From assembly GCA_043228905.1 (NCBI GenBank), contig JBHGNT010000009.1, positions 15,562,001-15,626,000 of the forward strand: a DNA stretch of 64,000 nucleotides. Reading direction: 5' to 3'. The notes beneath the pieces were generated by a model. The model was not told where the DNA came from. It did no database searches and was given only the letters and a program-made list of their open reading frames with translations. This document shows positions 35,793 through 48,654 of the stretch, in pieces. The position numbers and the translations under genes were made by a program. Origin of the DNA: Azolla caroliniana (taxonomy: Eukaryota; Plantae; Polypodiophyta). Numbering within the stretch: the stretch's first letter is position 1; every line of letters begins with the position of its first letter.

Positions 35793-38700
35793 AAGAAAAT
35801 AAAATATACACATTGTAAAACTCAGAACTATCATAACACATCAATTATGACTAACAGTGGATTCTACTATTACCTGAGGTGATGATAATAGCAGAACATT
35901 CTGGAAGTATTCAAATGTCTTCTTCTCACTAAGCTTGAAGAGATAACATTCCTCAATGCTACTCTCATCTGTAAAGGATAATTGATGCATACAAGGTGAA
36001 GCCTTGAGCTTCTTCAGCAGCCACATGCCTGAGTTGAATAGTGTATTTGAATTATACATAAACCCTAAATGAGGTCCTGATATTGATAAGAATGTATATA
36101 AATACTCATGAAAAGGCTTCATGACTGGGTCTGCAAACAAAAACCAACAAAGAGTATAGTTTAAGTTCTAGTATTTATATATCTAATAATAAAAGAGATC
36201 TTAACATATTTCATTACGTTTGTACATACAGTTTGATTTGGCTTACCACTCAAAGATTCTCGGATTATGATGTTTCCCATTGAATGCCCAACAAAACTAA
36301 GCTTGCAGTTGCGTAATGTACTTTTCTTTAGCATGGAAGTGAGCTTTTTCTTCATGAAAGCTGCTACTTCTTCTGCCAGCCTATGTCCAAGCTCTCTAAA
36401 ATTGCTCAGTGTTTTATCTTCATTGATCTCCGACATCAAACATTCAGCATTTTTATCAATTAAAAGCCACTGGCTCCGTACTAATCGCAGGTCAAGATGA
36501 TGTCCCTGGGGTGTGGAAACCCGAAAAAGGGGCTATAGATGATGTATTTCAAATTAATTTGTCAATGGAATATTCATACCAATTACAAACTCACCTGAAA
36601 TCCATGAACAAATACAACTACGCTTAAATCTTTCCCTTTTCCATTGGATATCGTTCTAGGAAGACACTCTTGCTTTTCTGTGTCTTGATTGCAATCAGTG
36701 ACAACTCTGACAGAAGGTATTATATGACTTTCCACATAAAGAATAGGTAATTGAGCTGGCATGTGATAAATCTGCATATCTTGGAGAGCTGGATAGGTCA
36801 TCTAGAACACAACAAAAACACAAGAAAATAAAATTGAATATAGGTCTGAGATAGCCTTATCATATATATCCAGAATAGCCAATTGAACAATACTACATAG
36901 ATTGCATTAGATAGAGAAGATTTTTCTTACCTTCATCTGCTCCAGCGTTTTGCGATGTAACTCAGCCCGTGAGGCTGAAACCGTATATGTCTACAAACAT
37001 TTAATTCAAAAAAATAACTATCTCACAAGTTTCTAGTTGCAGAAACAGTAGGCATATGACTACCTAAGTTCTTTATGAGAAGCTTGTTAAAACTAAGGAA
37101 TAGATTTAAGTGGGTGAAACTTTTACTTAACGACTAACTAAGAATTTTGAACCATTCCTTGTATGTGACCACATTCACCTGTCTTTATGAGTCGAGGTTC
37201 CATGCACACTTTTACTATTAAAGTATTATCTAGCTCTAGCCAACCTAAATGAGAACTCTAGACATTATACTTTTGTAGCAAGTAGCAATGGGCACAGTTT
37301 CAGCTCAAACCGAACCGAACCGTTAAGCCATGGTTTAACGGTTTATTGGTTCCAAAAAATTATAATGGTTTGGTTTGGTTTAGATTTTCGATAAACAGTT
37401 CGGTTTCGGTTTGGTTCGGTTCTAAAACTTGGGTTTATAGGTTTGGTTTAAAGGTTTATAGGTTTTTGGTTAACTTTTGTTTTACCTTAATAGTTTATCG
37501 ATTTAATGGTTTAATTAATGGTTTTTTATTTATTTAATTAATTTAACTTAAATGTTTATTTAATTAATTTAACTTAAATGTTTATTTAATTTAATGGTTC
37601 AATTAAAGTTTCTTTTATTGATTTAATAAATTTTACTTAAATGCTTATTTAATTTAATGTATTTTTGTTTATTTAGATGTTTAATTAGTTTAATTTAATG
37701 GTTAGGTTTAAATTTTTTATTAAATTGTTCGGTTTGGTTTTAACTTTTCCTAAACGGTTTGGTTTTAAATGGTTTGGTTTCAACTATTTCTTAAATGGTT
37801 TGGTTTCAATACTGCGAGTTCATAAACGGTTTGGTTTGGTTTTTGTTTTAAATAAACGGTTCGGTTCTGGTTCAGCTCGGTTTCTTTGCCTTGAAACTGA
37901 ACCGCGCCCATTGCTAGTAGCAAGCATGTTTTAGCAATATAATATTTTATGCTCCAATCATGTGTTGTTTTTTATTGCCTAATTTTGCGTTAGCTATTAA
38001 TAGCTGTAATCTATGTCATATGTGCATGTTGATGATCCTCATAATGGGCCTATGATTTGTGAACAATAAATAATGTACTGATGGAATCAACACTAATAAG
38101 TTATGAACCCAATGGGAGATCTCTCCCTAGAGAACTTACCTCCTCAATTAGTTTCTTGGTAACTGGCTTGCTCAGCAACTGCATGTTGTGTGACTTTCTC
38201 TCAAGATGTTTTTTAATGCTAGTAATAGATGGAACATCCATCTTGGAGTGAATCAGCCACAAGGATGACTCCGTACATCTTTCATCTACCCATATACCTC
38301 TCAAATACTCCCACACTAAAGATCGGTTCAGTCTGAAACATTCTTAATTTTTGACACATCAAAGACACAGAATATTACCATTAACACCTAAAAACATTTA
38401 AAAGAATATTTACCTGTGGAACTTCAAAAATGTATTCCAAAGCACTAAAATATTGGTACACAAAGCTTGAAATGCTTCCAACAGCTCTAATCTGGAAGGT
38501 AGCAAATCATGTCTTTGCATACCTTCAAGTTTCTCATTTAACTGCCCTAGGCAAGCAGAGGGAAAAGAGCATCAGAACTTATCCATGATAATGCATTAGG
38601 ATATCCATATAAAGAGGGCATGAATGCAATATTACAAAATACATTTTAATCGAACAAAGTCATGAATGAGCACATATCCATGCAAAGCACTGATATCATG

Positions 38701-41700
38701 AAAAATGTTGTTGCAATTGGACCTTCAGTGAATCACACGCATCCTGACTCCAGGTTTGCTTGTTAGGGTGCATCTTTCTATCACCTATGATCCAATTGTC
38801 CTCCATGTTGCAAGTCAAGTTTTTCAATACTAAGGCCACAGATGCATTTTCCTCTACCCTCATGTCTGTGCACTGTTCAACGGCTAATCCCATTAGCTTT
38901 AGCTCATGCATTAGAATATTGAGGGATGAACATAGAGCCTTCCATAGTGCAATCTCTTTGGCATCATGGTTGGTTCCACAGACATTCTGTAATAATACAA
39001 GAAACAAAAAAATATTTGAGAAACATGGTATTTTAGATTAACATGGTAGTTTTCCAAATTTGACGCAAGAATCAAGAACCTGGAAGTTTCTCAATTCGAA
39101 TCCAGATTCTAAAGTTGTGAAAAATGATATGAGTACTGATCATTAGAAAATTGGATGGAGTGAATTCAACAACTTTAAGAAGCAAGCATAATTGGATTGC
39201 GCATTAAACACGAGTTTGGTGTGGAGACCGATGTGTTAACAAATATGGCACCTTGAAAAAGCAGCAAACATCTTTACCTTAAGAATCTTCACATCTCGAC
39301 AGGCAATGTCTTCCCCAGTAGAGTGTTGTTCACTAATGGTATTTTGTCATGGGACGAAAGCATACACCAAAAAACAAGTATAAAATCTGTGTTTTCACAC
39401 TTGGCACGAAGAAATATTTGCAACCTCAAGAACTTTTTTGAATATTAATGGGAAATAAGAAAGAGAAGGAAACCTTTTCTGATTCTTTCGTAACGGCAAG
39501 CTTGAATTTGGCTTTAGCATCACTGAGTGAACACAAACATCTAAAAGAACCCTATGCCATGCATCAAAATATACAGGACAATAGGCATGTAGTCCTATTA
39601 AAGACTTTGGTAGAATGCGAAAGTCATGACTTGCACAAAGAGAATGTTCAGAGAAAATGTTACTTGATGACCTGCGGCATACAATAATCAATTACTAGCT
39701 TGATTCAGATATAATACTACCAGATCAACCACTGAGAATAAAGGGACATACAAAGCTGTTTCAGCTGGAGCATGACAAAGCTGGAAACTGATCATGACAG
39801 CATCACACAGCAACCACTGTCACATTGAACAACGGAAGTGGATAAAGTTTCACTTTCAAATGAGCAAATGTGTATGCCTCACACAATAACCACGTACCAT
39901 GCAAACGAGAATATGAAAAGAATGCATGAACCTAGTATAAATATGAAGACAAAATGGAATTAAGTATAATATGAAGAAACCAGAATTAAGTGGAAGGAAA
40001 ACAAATAGAACAAACAGCAAATAAACAATGTGGAGAAAACTCTGTGATGCATATCTTCAAGATACATAGTTACCTCGATATCCTTGACTGACAAGTTGAA
40101 GGATACCATGACAGCTAGTGAGACATCCTGCCTTGCATATTTGATGTGAAAGGGTCGTGTGGAAAAGCTGTTGTCAGCATCACTAATTTGCCAATTTGTT
40201 GTAGTTTCATCTGTTAAATCTGACACTGCATAACCAGAAATTGAATTGTGTCATAGGTGCCAAATACTGCAAAGATAAAGTAATGATAAAGTGCAGAAAT
40301 GAAAGACATATCTATGATGACATGCAGATTTTGAAGGGGAGATGGTTTTCCTGAAGCTTTTCTTTGTTAGAAATTAAGAGAACTTCAGTTGATTTCGAAC
40401 CTAAAGATAGTAGAGCTTACCATCCTGCTACAAAAAGCAGTGATTAAAATGCAGGTCAATCTTCACAAATAATTGAAGTATATTGGAAAACCAACTGCCA
40501 TTATGGAAAACGTAGCCAGCAATTCTATAACAAAATGATACTGGCCATTGGGTGAATTTAGTAAAAATGGGACAGAAAAAAATATATGGATTGGTTGTCC
40601 CATGAATATATAGACCAAAAAGATCAATGTATAAATCCTATGTACACAATCTGAAAATGAACATTAGAACAAGAGTTCATTCATCTTTTGTGGCTCTTTC
40701 GCACTTACTGGGCTTGGAAAGTGACGGAAATAGCATAAAAATGAGTTCAATTTCCATAGTGAGACATATTAGAGCATAGAGCATGGGCAGTTAAAATCTG
40801 GTCACAACAGATTTTCCACCTAGAGGGTCATGACATCTATTTCTTGGTGTCTAAGTCTTGCTATTTGTGGATGTTCATATCAAAGAATGTTTTTCAGTTT
40901 CAAAATTCTCTCATTGAGATGTAACAATAATAGCCACATCAGATTAAAGTTGCCTTCCAGTCGGAGTGTAACCACCCATCTTCCAGACATTACAGATAAA
41001 ACAAGCCCCCACACTTACTACAAACACTCATTTACTAATAGGCTAGTGTGCTAATTGCAAGGCTCATATGCCAACTTTTTGATCCACTTGGTTCCTATGT
41101 CCCAGTAATTATGATATCAAACCAATACATCTCCTATTCCGGACTTTCCTATGGCATTATTATTGTATACCCAACTGCATTTTTAATATTATATAATGAG
41201 CAAGAGAGCTTATTGTGTGAGAAATGTTGTTAATAGCAGCAGCGGAAGAATTAGAACAAAATAGACACAGCCAAGCTGTGAGATGGCTGTTAGACAGCAC
41301 TAGAAAAAATGGTTGCAAAGAGTTGTGCTTGTTTGTAAGTAGCAACAGAAAATAATCTTCTTACAAAAGAGGCTTGTATAACCCTATTTATATAAAATTG
41401 GGAATGGTTGTTTGGTAGTTAAGAGACTCTTGTACTACCAAACAGGTACAATAAACTAGGAATAAAAAGGGAATATCTTGGAAAAAGTGGAAGAGAGAAA
41501 AGGCATTTAAAGCGTTGCAGATTCTAGAGAGAGAAGGCATTTAAAGAATTGCTGATTCTAGAGAGAGAAGAACCTGGGAAGAGAGAGAATGTAGTACAGA
41601 GATAATAAAGATGAAAGAGAGTGCAAGTCTAGAGTTGTCGCCCTCCAACACCTCCTCTCAACTCCAAAACGGTGGTCCAACATTGAGTCGACCAAGGAGC

Positions 41701-44700
41701 TGATCAATGGCTTGCCTTGGAAGTGGCTTAGGAAATAAATCAGCCACATTTTCTTGAGTAGGGCAATATGCCAACTTGATGACTTGTGAGTAGGCTGTGG
41801 GACCATCTCCCATGTATGATTCCACTCAATGGAATCAAGTTCAACTTCCATTGTTGCTTTCAACTTTGAAAGAACAAGGGCCTTTTTTGCTGTTGTGGGT
41901 TCTTGTGATTGCACAACAGTGCACAGTAAGGCAAAGTTGCATGAGTGAGGAGGCCGTTGTGACTTACGTGTTCTTTTCATGTTGGTCGGAAAACCAGATG
42001 TATACTCACGAAGTTCAGTATCGGAGAGATGAGAATCATGAATGGTGGCTTGAAGCCACTTGGGAAGTGGTGGAAGCTGGTGTGTAGAGGGAGGAGAAAC
42101 AAGTGGAGTTGAGGGAGAGGTTTGAATTCTTGGCGAAGTTAGAGATCGAGTAGGAGGAGATGGGGGGCTTGAAGGTGAGACATCTTCATCTCAAAAAGGA
42201 GATTCCGGAAGAGCTGGGATTTCAACCGTGAACTCAGGTGAAATCCTAGAGTCATCCAGCTGAGACTCCACAAAATGAACATCCCTAGAGATGACTAAAG
42301 ACTTTGATTCTAAATCCCATAACTTGTAGGCTTTAGATTCTGTGTTGTAACTAAGAAATTTGCATTTCTTGGTTTTGCACTCAAATTTAATCCTTTTATG
42401 ATCTGAAATGTGAACATAAGCATCACAACCAAAGACTTTAAAATGAGATACTAAGGGCTTTACACCTGTAAATGCTTCTGCAGGGGTCATTGCAACAACT
42501 GCTTTTGTTGGGCAGCAGTTGATGATGTAGACTACTTCACTCCAAAACGAGAGAGGAAGATCAGATTGAGATAGCATTGTACGAGCCATCTCTTGGACTG
42601 TCCGGTTCTTCCTTTCCACAACTCCATTTTGATGAGGAGTATTGGGTGTAGAAAATTGGTGAGCAATGCCTCGTTGAGAGCAGAAATGGTGGAATGCTTG
42701 GGAGATAAACTCTCCACCATTGTCGGACCTAACCTTTCGACCTTTCTTTGATGTCTCAAGAGCTACCCTACAAGGAAATAAACCCAAACCTTGCAAGAGA
42801 AATCATCAATGATGAGCATGAAGTAGCGTGCACCACCAAGAGTAGTGGTTTTCATGGAACCACAAAGATCCATGTGCACCAACTCCAAGATAGATGTTGC
42901 ATGCTGAGTGGATTCATGAGGGAGAGGCTCTCGATGTTGCTTGCCATGAAGACAAGCAACACATAGGGTATTGGGAGTTTTGAAAATAGGCAGACCCTCA
43001 ACTAGCTAAGGAGAGCTTTTGTAGAGAATTGTAGTTGAGGTGACCGGGCCTAGCATGCCACAACATGGGATCTTCTTGTGCCATCAAGGCATGAGAGCCT
43101 TGAAGAAGATATAGAAGATGAGATTTGGATTTTTCCAAGGGGCTGTGGGAACTTTTCAGGTGGTATAAACCCCCTTCTTGTGTGCCACTAGCTACAATTT
43201 GTAGGTTGTTGGTGTCAATGACTTCCAAAATTGAGCTATCAAAGTAGACTCCATAACCTTGTTTAGTGATTTGGTAGACTGAAAGTAGGTTGGCAAAGAT
43301 GCGAGGCACATGTAGCACATCTTGAAGAATGACAGGTTCTTCATTTGAAGAATTGTTAAGAAACACACTACCCACACATGAAGCCTCAATGCTTGAGGCA
43401 TCTCCTATGGAGATTTAGGAGGAGCTAGGCTTCACATCATGAAAAATGGATTTGTCATAGGTCATGTGTGAAGTGGCACCACTATCTACTAACCACTCAT
43501 CAATGGTCGAGGTAGTTGGTCCAACCAAATGTGAAGTATGTTCCTCAATGCCAAGGAAGATTGTTTCTTTGGCTGAGTGGGCTGAGTGGGCCGAGTTGGA
43601 TTTTGGTGTAGGTTGATTTTTAGCATTGTCCCTTTTCTTTTTCCGACAATCGGGCTGAATGTGACCTTTGTAGCCACAATAATGACAAGTGAGCTCCTTG
43701 TAGGCTAGGCTGTTGGTGGTCTTGGATTGGGTTTGTTGTAGGAGTTACCATTTTGCTTCCACTTGCCTTTACTTGTCGCATGTAGAAGCGTCTCATTGGA
43801 AGCTTGAACACTTTTCTTCCTTGTTGCCCTGTCTTGTAGCATGCCAAGAATGTATTCATATCAAGTGTGTTGGGAAGAAGAGAAATTGTGTCACAAAAGG
43901 CTGAGAATGACTCAAGCAACTTTATCATTAGACGATGCACAAACTCGACTTCAGTTGACTTGCTTCCCAAAGAAACTAGTTCCTTTTGGAGAGTAACAAA
44001 TTGCGTTATTTGATCCATGATGTTGGGAGTGTCATGAATCTTGAGATTTGCTAGTTGGCTCTTAATAGCTATCATTTGAGCATAGTTCTCAATACCTCTT
44101 TTTGATGGCTGTCCATAGTTCATTTGAGCTACAACTGGACAATTTACAGCAGTTATAAGTAGATGCTCATTGTCTTTCTACTTCTCCCTAGATGCTAGGT
44201 GAGGCTCAGATGAGGGGAAAAGAAAACAAAGAACGTCCTTTGTAGGTTGGGAGGGTGGCTGCTAAGAGAACCTCCTCTGTAGGTTGGGAGGGTGGCTGCT
44301 AAGAGAACCTCCTCTATAGGGTTGGGAGGGAGGGATAAAAGAAGAGAGGTCTGTGTGCTCTTTGGCAAAAAAAAAAACAAGCTAAGGATATGGAAACCTC
44401 ACTGCTCTGATACCATGTGAGAAATGTTGTTAATAGCAGCAGTGGAAGAGTTAGAACAAAATAGACACAGCCAAGCTGTGAGAAGGCTGTTAGACAGCAC
44501 TAGAAAAAATGGTTGCAAAGAGTAGAGACACAGCCAAAGAGTTGTGCTTGTTTGTAAGTCGCAATAGAAAATAATCTTCTTACAAAAGAGGCTGGTATAA
44601 GCCTATTTATACAAAATTGGGAATGGTTGTTTGGTAGTTAAGAGACTCTTGTACTACCAAACAGGTACAATAACCTAGGAATAAAAAGGGAATATCTTGG

Positions 44701-47700
44701 AAAAAGTGGAAGAGAGAAAAGGCATTTAAAGCGTTGCAAATTCTAGAGAGAGAAGGCATTTAAAGAGTTGCAGATTCTAGAGAGAGAAGAATCTGGGAAG
44801 AGAGAGAATGTAGTACAAAGATAATAAAGATGAAAGAGAGTGCAAGTCTGGAGCTGCCACCCTCCAACATATTGTCGGGTTCGCCATTTTGAGGATTTGA
44901 GAATGCAAACTTTGACAAAGTTTTCCTTATTCAAGGAAGAGGATCATGAGGGTGCATGGAGGCCTACAATGACCAAGGCAATGTAGCCATCAATCGTGGA
45001 CCTGCCATGCCAATACTCAAGTATACCCCCCCCCCCACACAAATATTCTTCCTATCTTTGATATTCTCACCCTATCTAAAAGTGTTTTACAAATTTTATA
45101 ATCGGGTTATTTTGTTTCGCATTTCCAATATTTCTTTCTTTGATCTTCTTATCCTATGTAAGTGTTTTGCATATTCTAGCTTAAATTCATAGGCAGTTTT
45201 TGTTTGAAGGCAGGAACATCAAAGAATTTGATCCCATCCACAAGACCATTGACCTCCCATTGGGTGACACTTGAGCTCCAAGTCAAGACTGGACCATTGT
45301 TGACTACTTTCGTGCAAAGATCCATCACGTGTTGTCATCATTGTTGTATTCATGAACAGTGCGTCAAGATAATGTAGGATTCAAGAAGCAAATAGTATAT
45401 GATAAAAATATGCTCTATTAAATTGGAACAAGAAGATTTTATTTAACGAGGTTACAATATTCCACAGTAAGGATGACACATTATCTCTACCATGCTCTGG
45501 CTTGAACACTTGACTGCATGATCCTTAACACATAAACACACATATTCACACATATTCACACATATTCTCACATATTCACATACTCTATAGGATCCTTTAC
45601 ACATAAACACACACATGTACAATCTGAACATCACCAGAAACTGCTCACTTGCACATAGAGGAGCACACACATTCCACCCACACCTCGAACACATCCTGCA
45701 CACAAACTGCATATTTACAAGTGTATCCACACAATTCAAGAGAGGAAGTCAAACAAATGAAGCACAAAAAAGTGCTAATTCATCTGCTGACTCCCGCAAC
45801 CCTTCTTCTTGCAACCCAAGAAAATGGTTGTTAGAAACGTTTGTTTGCAATGCTTAGCAAAATGAGAATGCATTAGACATGTTCTCATTTTGTTCAGCCT
45901 GTAGAAATAGGAATCTCACTATAATATAGTATTTGAGCCTGAAGTATTCAAATGATTGTATCCTATCACTCTAGCATTGTGTCTATCAATTCTCCCATCA
46001 TTATTATTATAATATGAACGTGTAAAACCCTAACCCAAACCTAGGAAAAACCTAAACCCAAGTTTTGGAAACAAAAAATAGCCCTCCCTATTTAGTATGT
46101 ATTGAAATGAACACTTGATGAATCCATATGAGAAACACCATGTTGAATCCAAATGTGAACCCACAACCATTCTTCCAGGGAAAATTCCTTTAAGTGTGTT
46201 CCTCTTATAAGGAGGTTTATTGATGCTAAAAGCCTCATTCATCACGAGGGTTATTGGAGTATGGCTTGCATATACCATTGATATGAAACTCCTGAAAGAA
46301 TATAGTCAGGGTAGTTAAAAAGGAATCTCTTAAATGCTAGTGGATCAAAGAAGCAAGGCATTAGCTAAGTAGTTGGAGCAATGAATGCTCATGTAACATT
46401 CTCCTTTTGATGGCCTAGAAAATAGCAACTAGAGGAAAATAATAAAAACTACAGCCCACTGAAGACAAAAGGGAAGCTCTGAGGAAGAAATAGATGCAAT
46501 GTGAATCTCAAAATAGTTCTTGCCACGTATGAAACCAAGAATGGATTATAAAGTGCAACGACTTGTCTCAAAATAGACAAGGTTCCTCTTTCATTAAACA
46601 GTTTTAAATCTCCAATAAAGTGGTTAACAAATAATACTTTCATAAGGACAAAGAACAATTTTGGGACTAAAAGCTCCATAAATGTTTTACTCAACACCAC
46701 TCAGCCCTAATTCCTTGTCTCTATTTTCAAGACCAAAACTAAAGATTATAAGATTGCAACGACTCTGATGTTCCTCTTTTAATTATAGATATGCAATTCA
46801 CATGACTTCTTGTTCTAAGGATCCAGAAGAAGATTTGAGCAATCAACTAGTTGTAGATACATAGCACAGGTTAATACAATGACTTGCTGGTTCCTCAAGT
46901 ACCTTTTAAACCTAGAATAGACCAATAAACCATTTATGAGCATATCTGTTCCAGCAATCCCTGATTCTCCAGTGTTACAGTTACCCTTTAATGATAGACA
47001 AGCAATGTAGAGTCAAACAAAAAAGCATAAACATGCCCGTCTCTGAACTTTATTAAGAAGCGTAACTTGATATCAATTTCTTACCTTCATATTGAATAAC
47101 ACGAGAAGGAACTCCCAGAACATCATGTGACGTTTCCCAATGAGAAGTAACTTTCACTTGGTACCAACTGCACCATAAATGCTTAATCCTTAATGGAATA
47201 CTAAATAGAGTGGCAAGCCTTAATAAAAAAGCAAACCACAGAGAAAATCTAAGATTGTCTTTCATAGTATGACAAAAACAAAGATATCCCAAGTTAATGC
47301 TTAATAAAGTATGGAAGACAAAAACAAGCCAGTTCATACTTTGCTGAAAATTATGATCATCAGAATGTGATGGATTAAACACATTCTGAAATTGATCAAA
47401 GTGAGATTTTGCAAAAGGGAAGGAGAGACATGCGAATGCTGGAAATAGATCAAGGTGTGAAATCTCATATCAGGGTTTTAGGAAAGGCAAGACTACAAGC
47501 TTACCATAAATCTATATTGAAGTGGAGTTTGAAAAGGGCAAAAAGAACAAGGAAAGAGACATACCCTTGTTGGAATAGGTCAAGGTTATGGAAACTGTGC
47601 ATGTAGACTGCAATCTCGAGGAATGATTCTGTTCCAGAAGTTGACGAAGAAACAACAGAAGAAGGGAGAGGATTCGTGGCTTCTTTTTTTTCTTCCGTTG

Positions 47701-47794
47701 TTGTTTCTGAAGCATAACCTCCGTTGTTGGTTCGAAAGAAGGTCCTCCTGGGTGGTCGATCCACAAGAGACATGGCAAGTTCATGAAAACCCAT
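35311..47794 (-). CDS. FAM135-like / DUF676 putative serine esterase, multi-exon
   Basis: Motifs LEIAVYMHSFHNLDLFQQGWYQ, FHIKYARQDV, HAYCPVYFDAWH, VVFVHGFQGHHLDL, FVGHSMGNII, SISGPHLG and SSPQDRYVPYHSAR. GT-AG exons read at 47565-47794, 47085-47167, 40074-40225, about 39752-39815, 39474-39671, 38723-38986, 38414-38546, 38140-38332, 36931-36990, 36595-36801, 36247-36505, 35874-36130 and 35311-35598. Exons near 39080-39350 and the true start are unresolved. Confidence 0.9.
37283..37916. mobile_element. hAT-type MITE in a FAM135-like intron
   Basis: Terminal inverted repeats TAGCAATGGGC...GCCCATTGCTA, 8-bp TSD GTAGCAAG (37275-37282 / 37917-37924), CGGTT/TGGTT subterminal repeats and an AT-rich core. 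Confidence 0.93.
41216..44869 (-). mobile_element. Intronic Ty1/copia element with LTRs 41216-41650 and 44416-44869; RT deleted (non-autonomous)
   Basis: TSD TATTG (41211-41215 / 44870-44874), PBS at 44404-44415 and PPT AGAGGAGG at 41651-41658. Integrase RSDNGGEF and TPHQNGVVERKNRT; RT breaks off after NHTWEMVP. Confidence 0.95.
44241..44331. repeat. 37-bp tandem repeat (about 2.4 copies) in the copia leader
   Basis: TGTAGGTTGGGAGGGTGGCTGCTAAGAGAACCTCCTC twice plus a partial third copy. Confidence 0.9.
45537..45583. repeat. CACATATTCA-type minisatellite
   Basis: A 10-bp unit repeated about 4-5 times. Confidence 0.85.
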
Positions 47795-48654
47795 GTCGCC
47801 AAAACAATCTCCTGAGAAGAAGAAACGGAAAACAAAAAGGTTCATAAGGATCGGGAGGAGAAAAGAAAAAGAAAAACAGATTTGGAGAAGGAAGATAGGC
47901 AGGAAATCTGAGAAGGAAGGCGAAATTCGCATGCCATTGAAATTGAAAGAGCTCGCCATAGCCAAGAAGCGCACGATGCCGTCTTCTTTCTTCACAGTAT
48001 CGCTGTGCTGCGTCTGCGATTTGGGGGTTTTGGGCACTCCTTTTTTTCATTCAAAATTGAGAGATTATTTCCTCATTTCAAACGCAGGACAGGAGGAGGA
48101 GGCAGGAAGGCATAAGGAGGAGGACCAAGACCAAGACCAAGACCAAGACCAGGAGGAACAAGAACAAGAGCAGAAGCATTTATGGCCCTCCCTCCTTTTA
48201 CCTGCTATCGGGACCGCCAAGCCCTGTCCCATCCATTTTTTTATTGTCAGGACTATTGTCGTAACCTTGTCTCCCTCTTCGATCCTCCTCGGTCGCAGTC
48301 TGTGCATTCTGGCGAATCTCCCCCTTCATCTTGACCTATTAAGAGTCTAATACTAATCAATCGACCAATAAAGTAAAATATAAGTTAAATAGATTGGATA
48401 GAAGAACTTGTTCCGCCCGACCACCCCCGAGCTAATGATCAAGAAGACATAGCCAACCTACCACCGACGTCTCATATCGTCGGATATTAGGATGACTAAT
48501 ACCTTGGAAGAGATAACACGATCATTGTGAAGAAAGCTTGACCCGCACCACCTGTGTCTTAAGGCAACAACCTTCCGACGTAATGTGCTTTTGAGGGTAG
48601 ATAAGCCTCATATTTATACCTCTTCCTAGGCCCCTTGAATAGGTGTGCCTTTCT

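Noticed and set aside
47793-48350. 185-aa plus-strand ORF
   Set aside because: Low-complexity antisense reading of the FAM135-like 5' region and the (GACCAA)n repeat.
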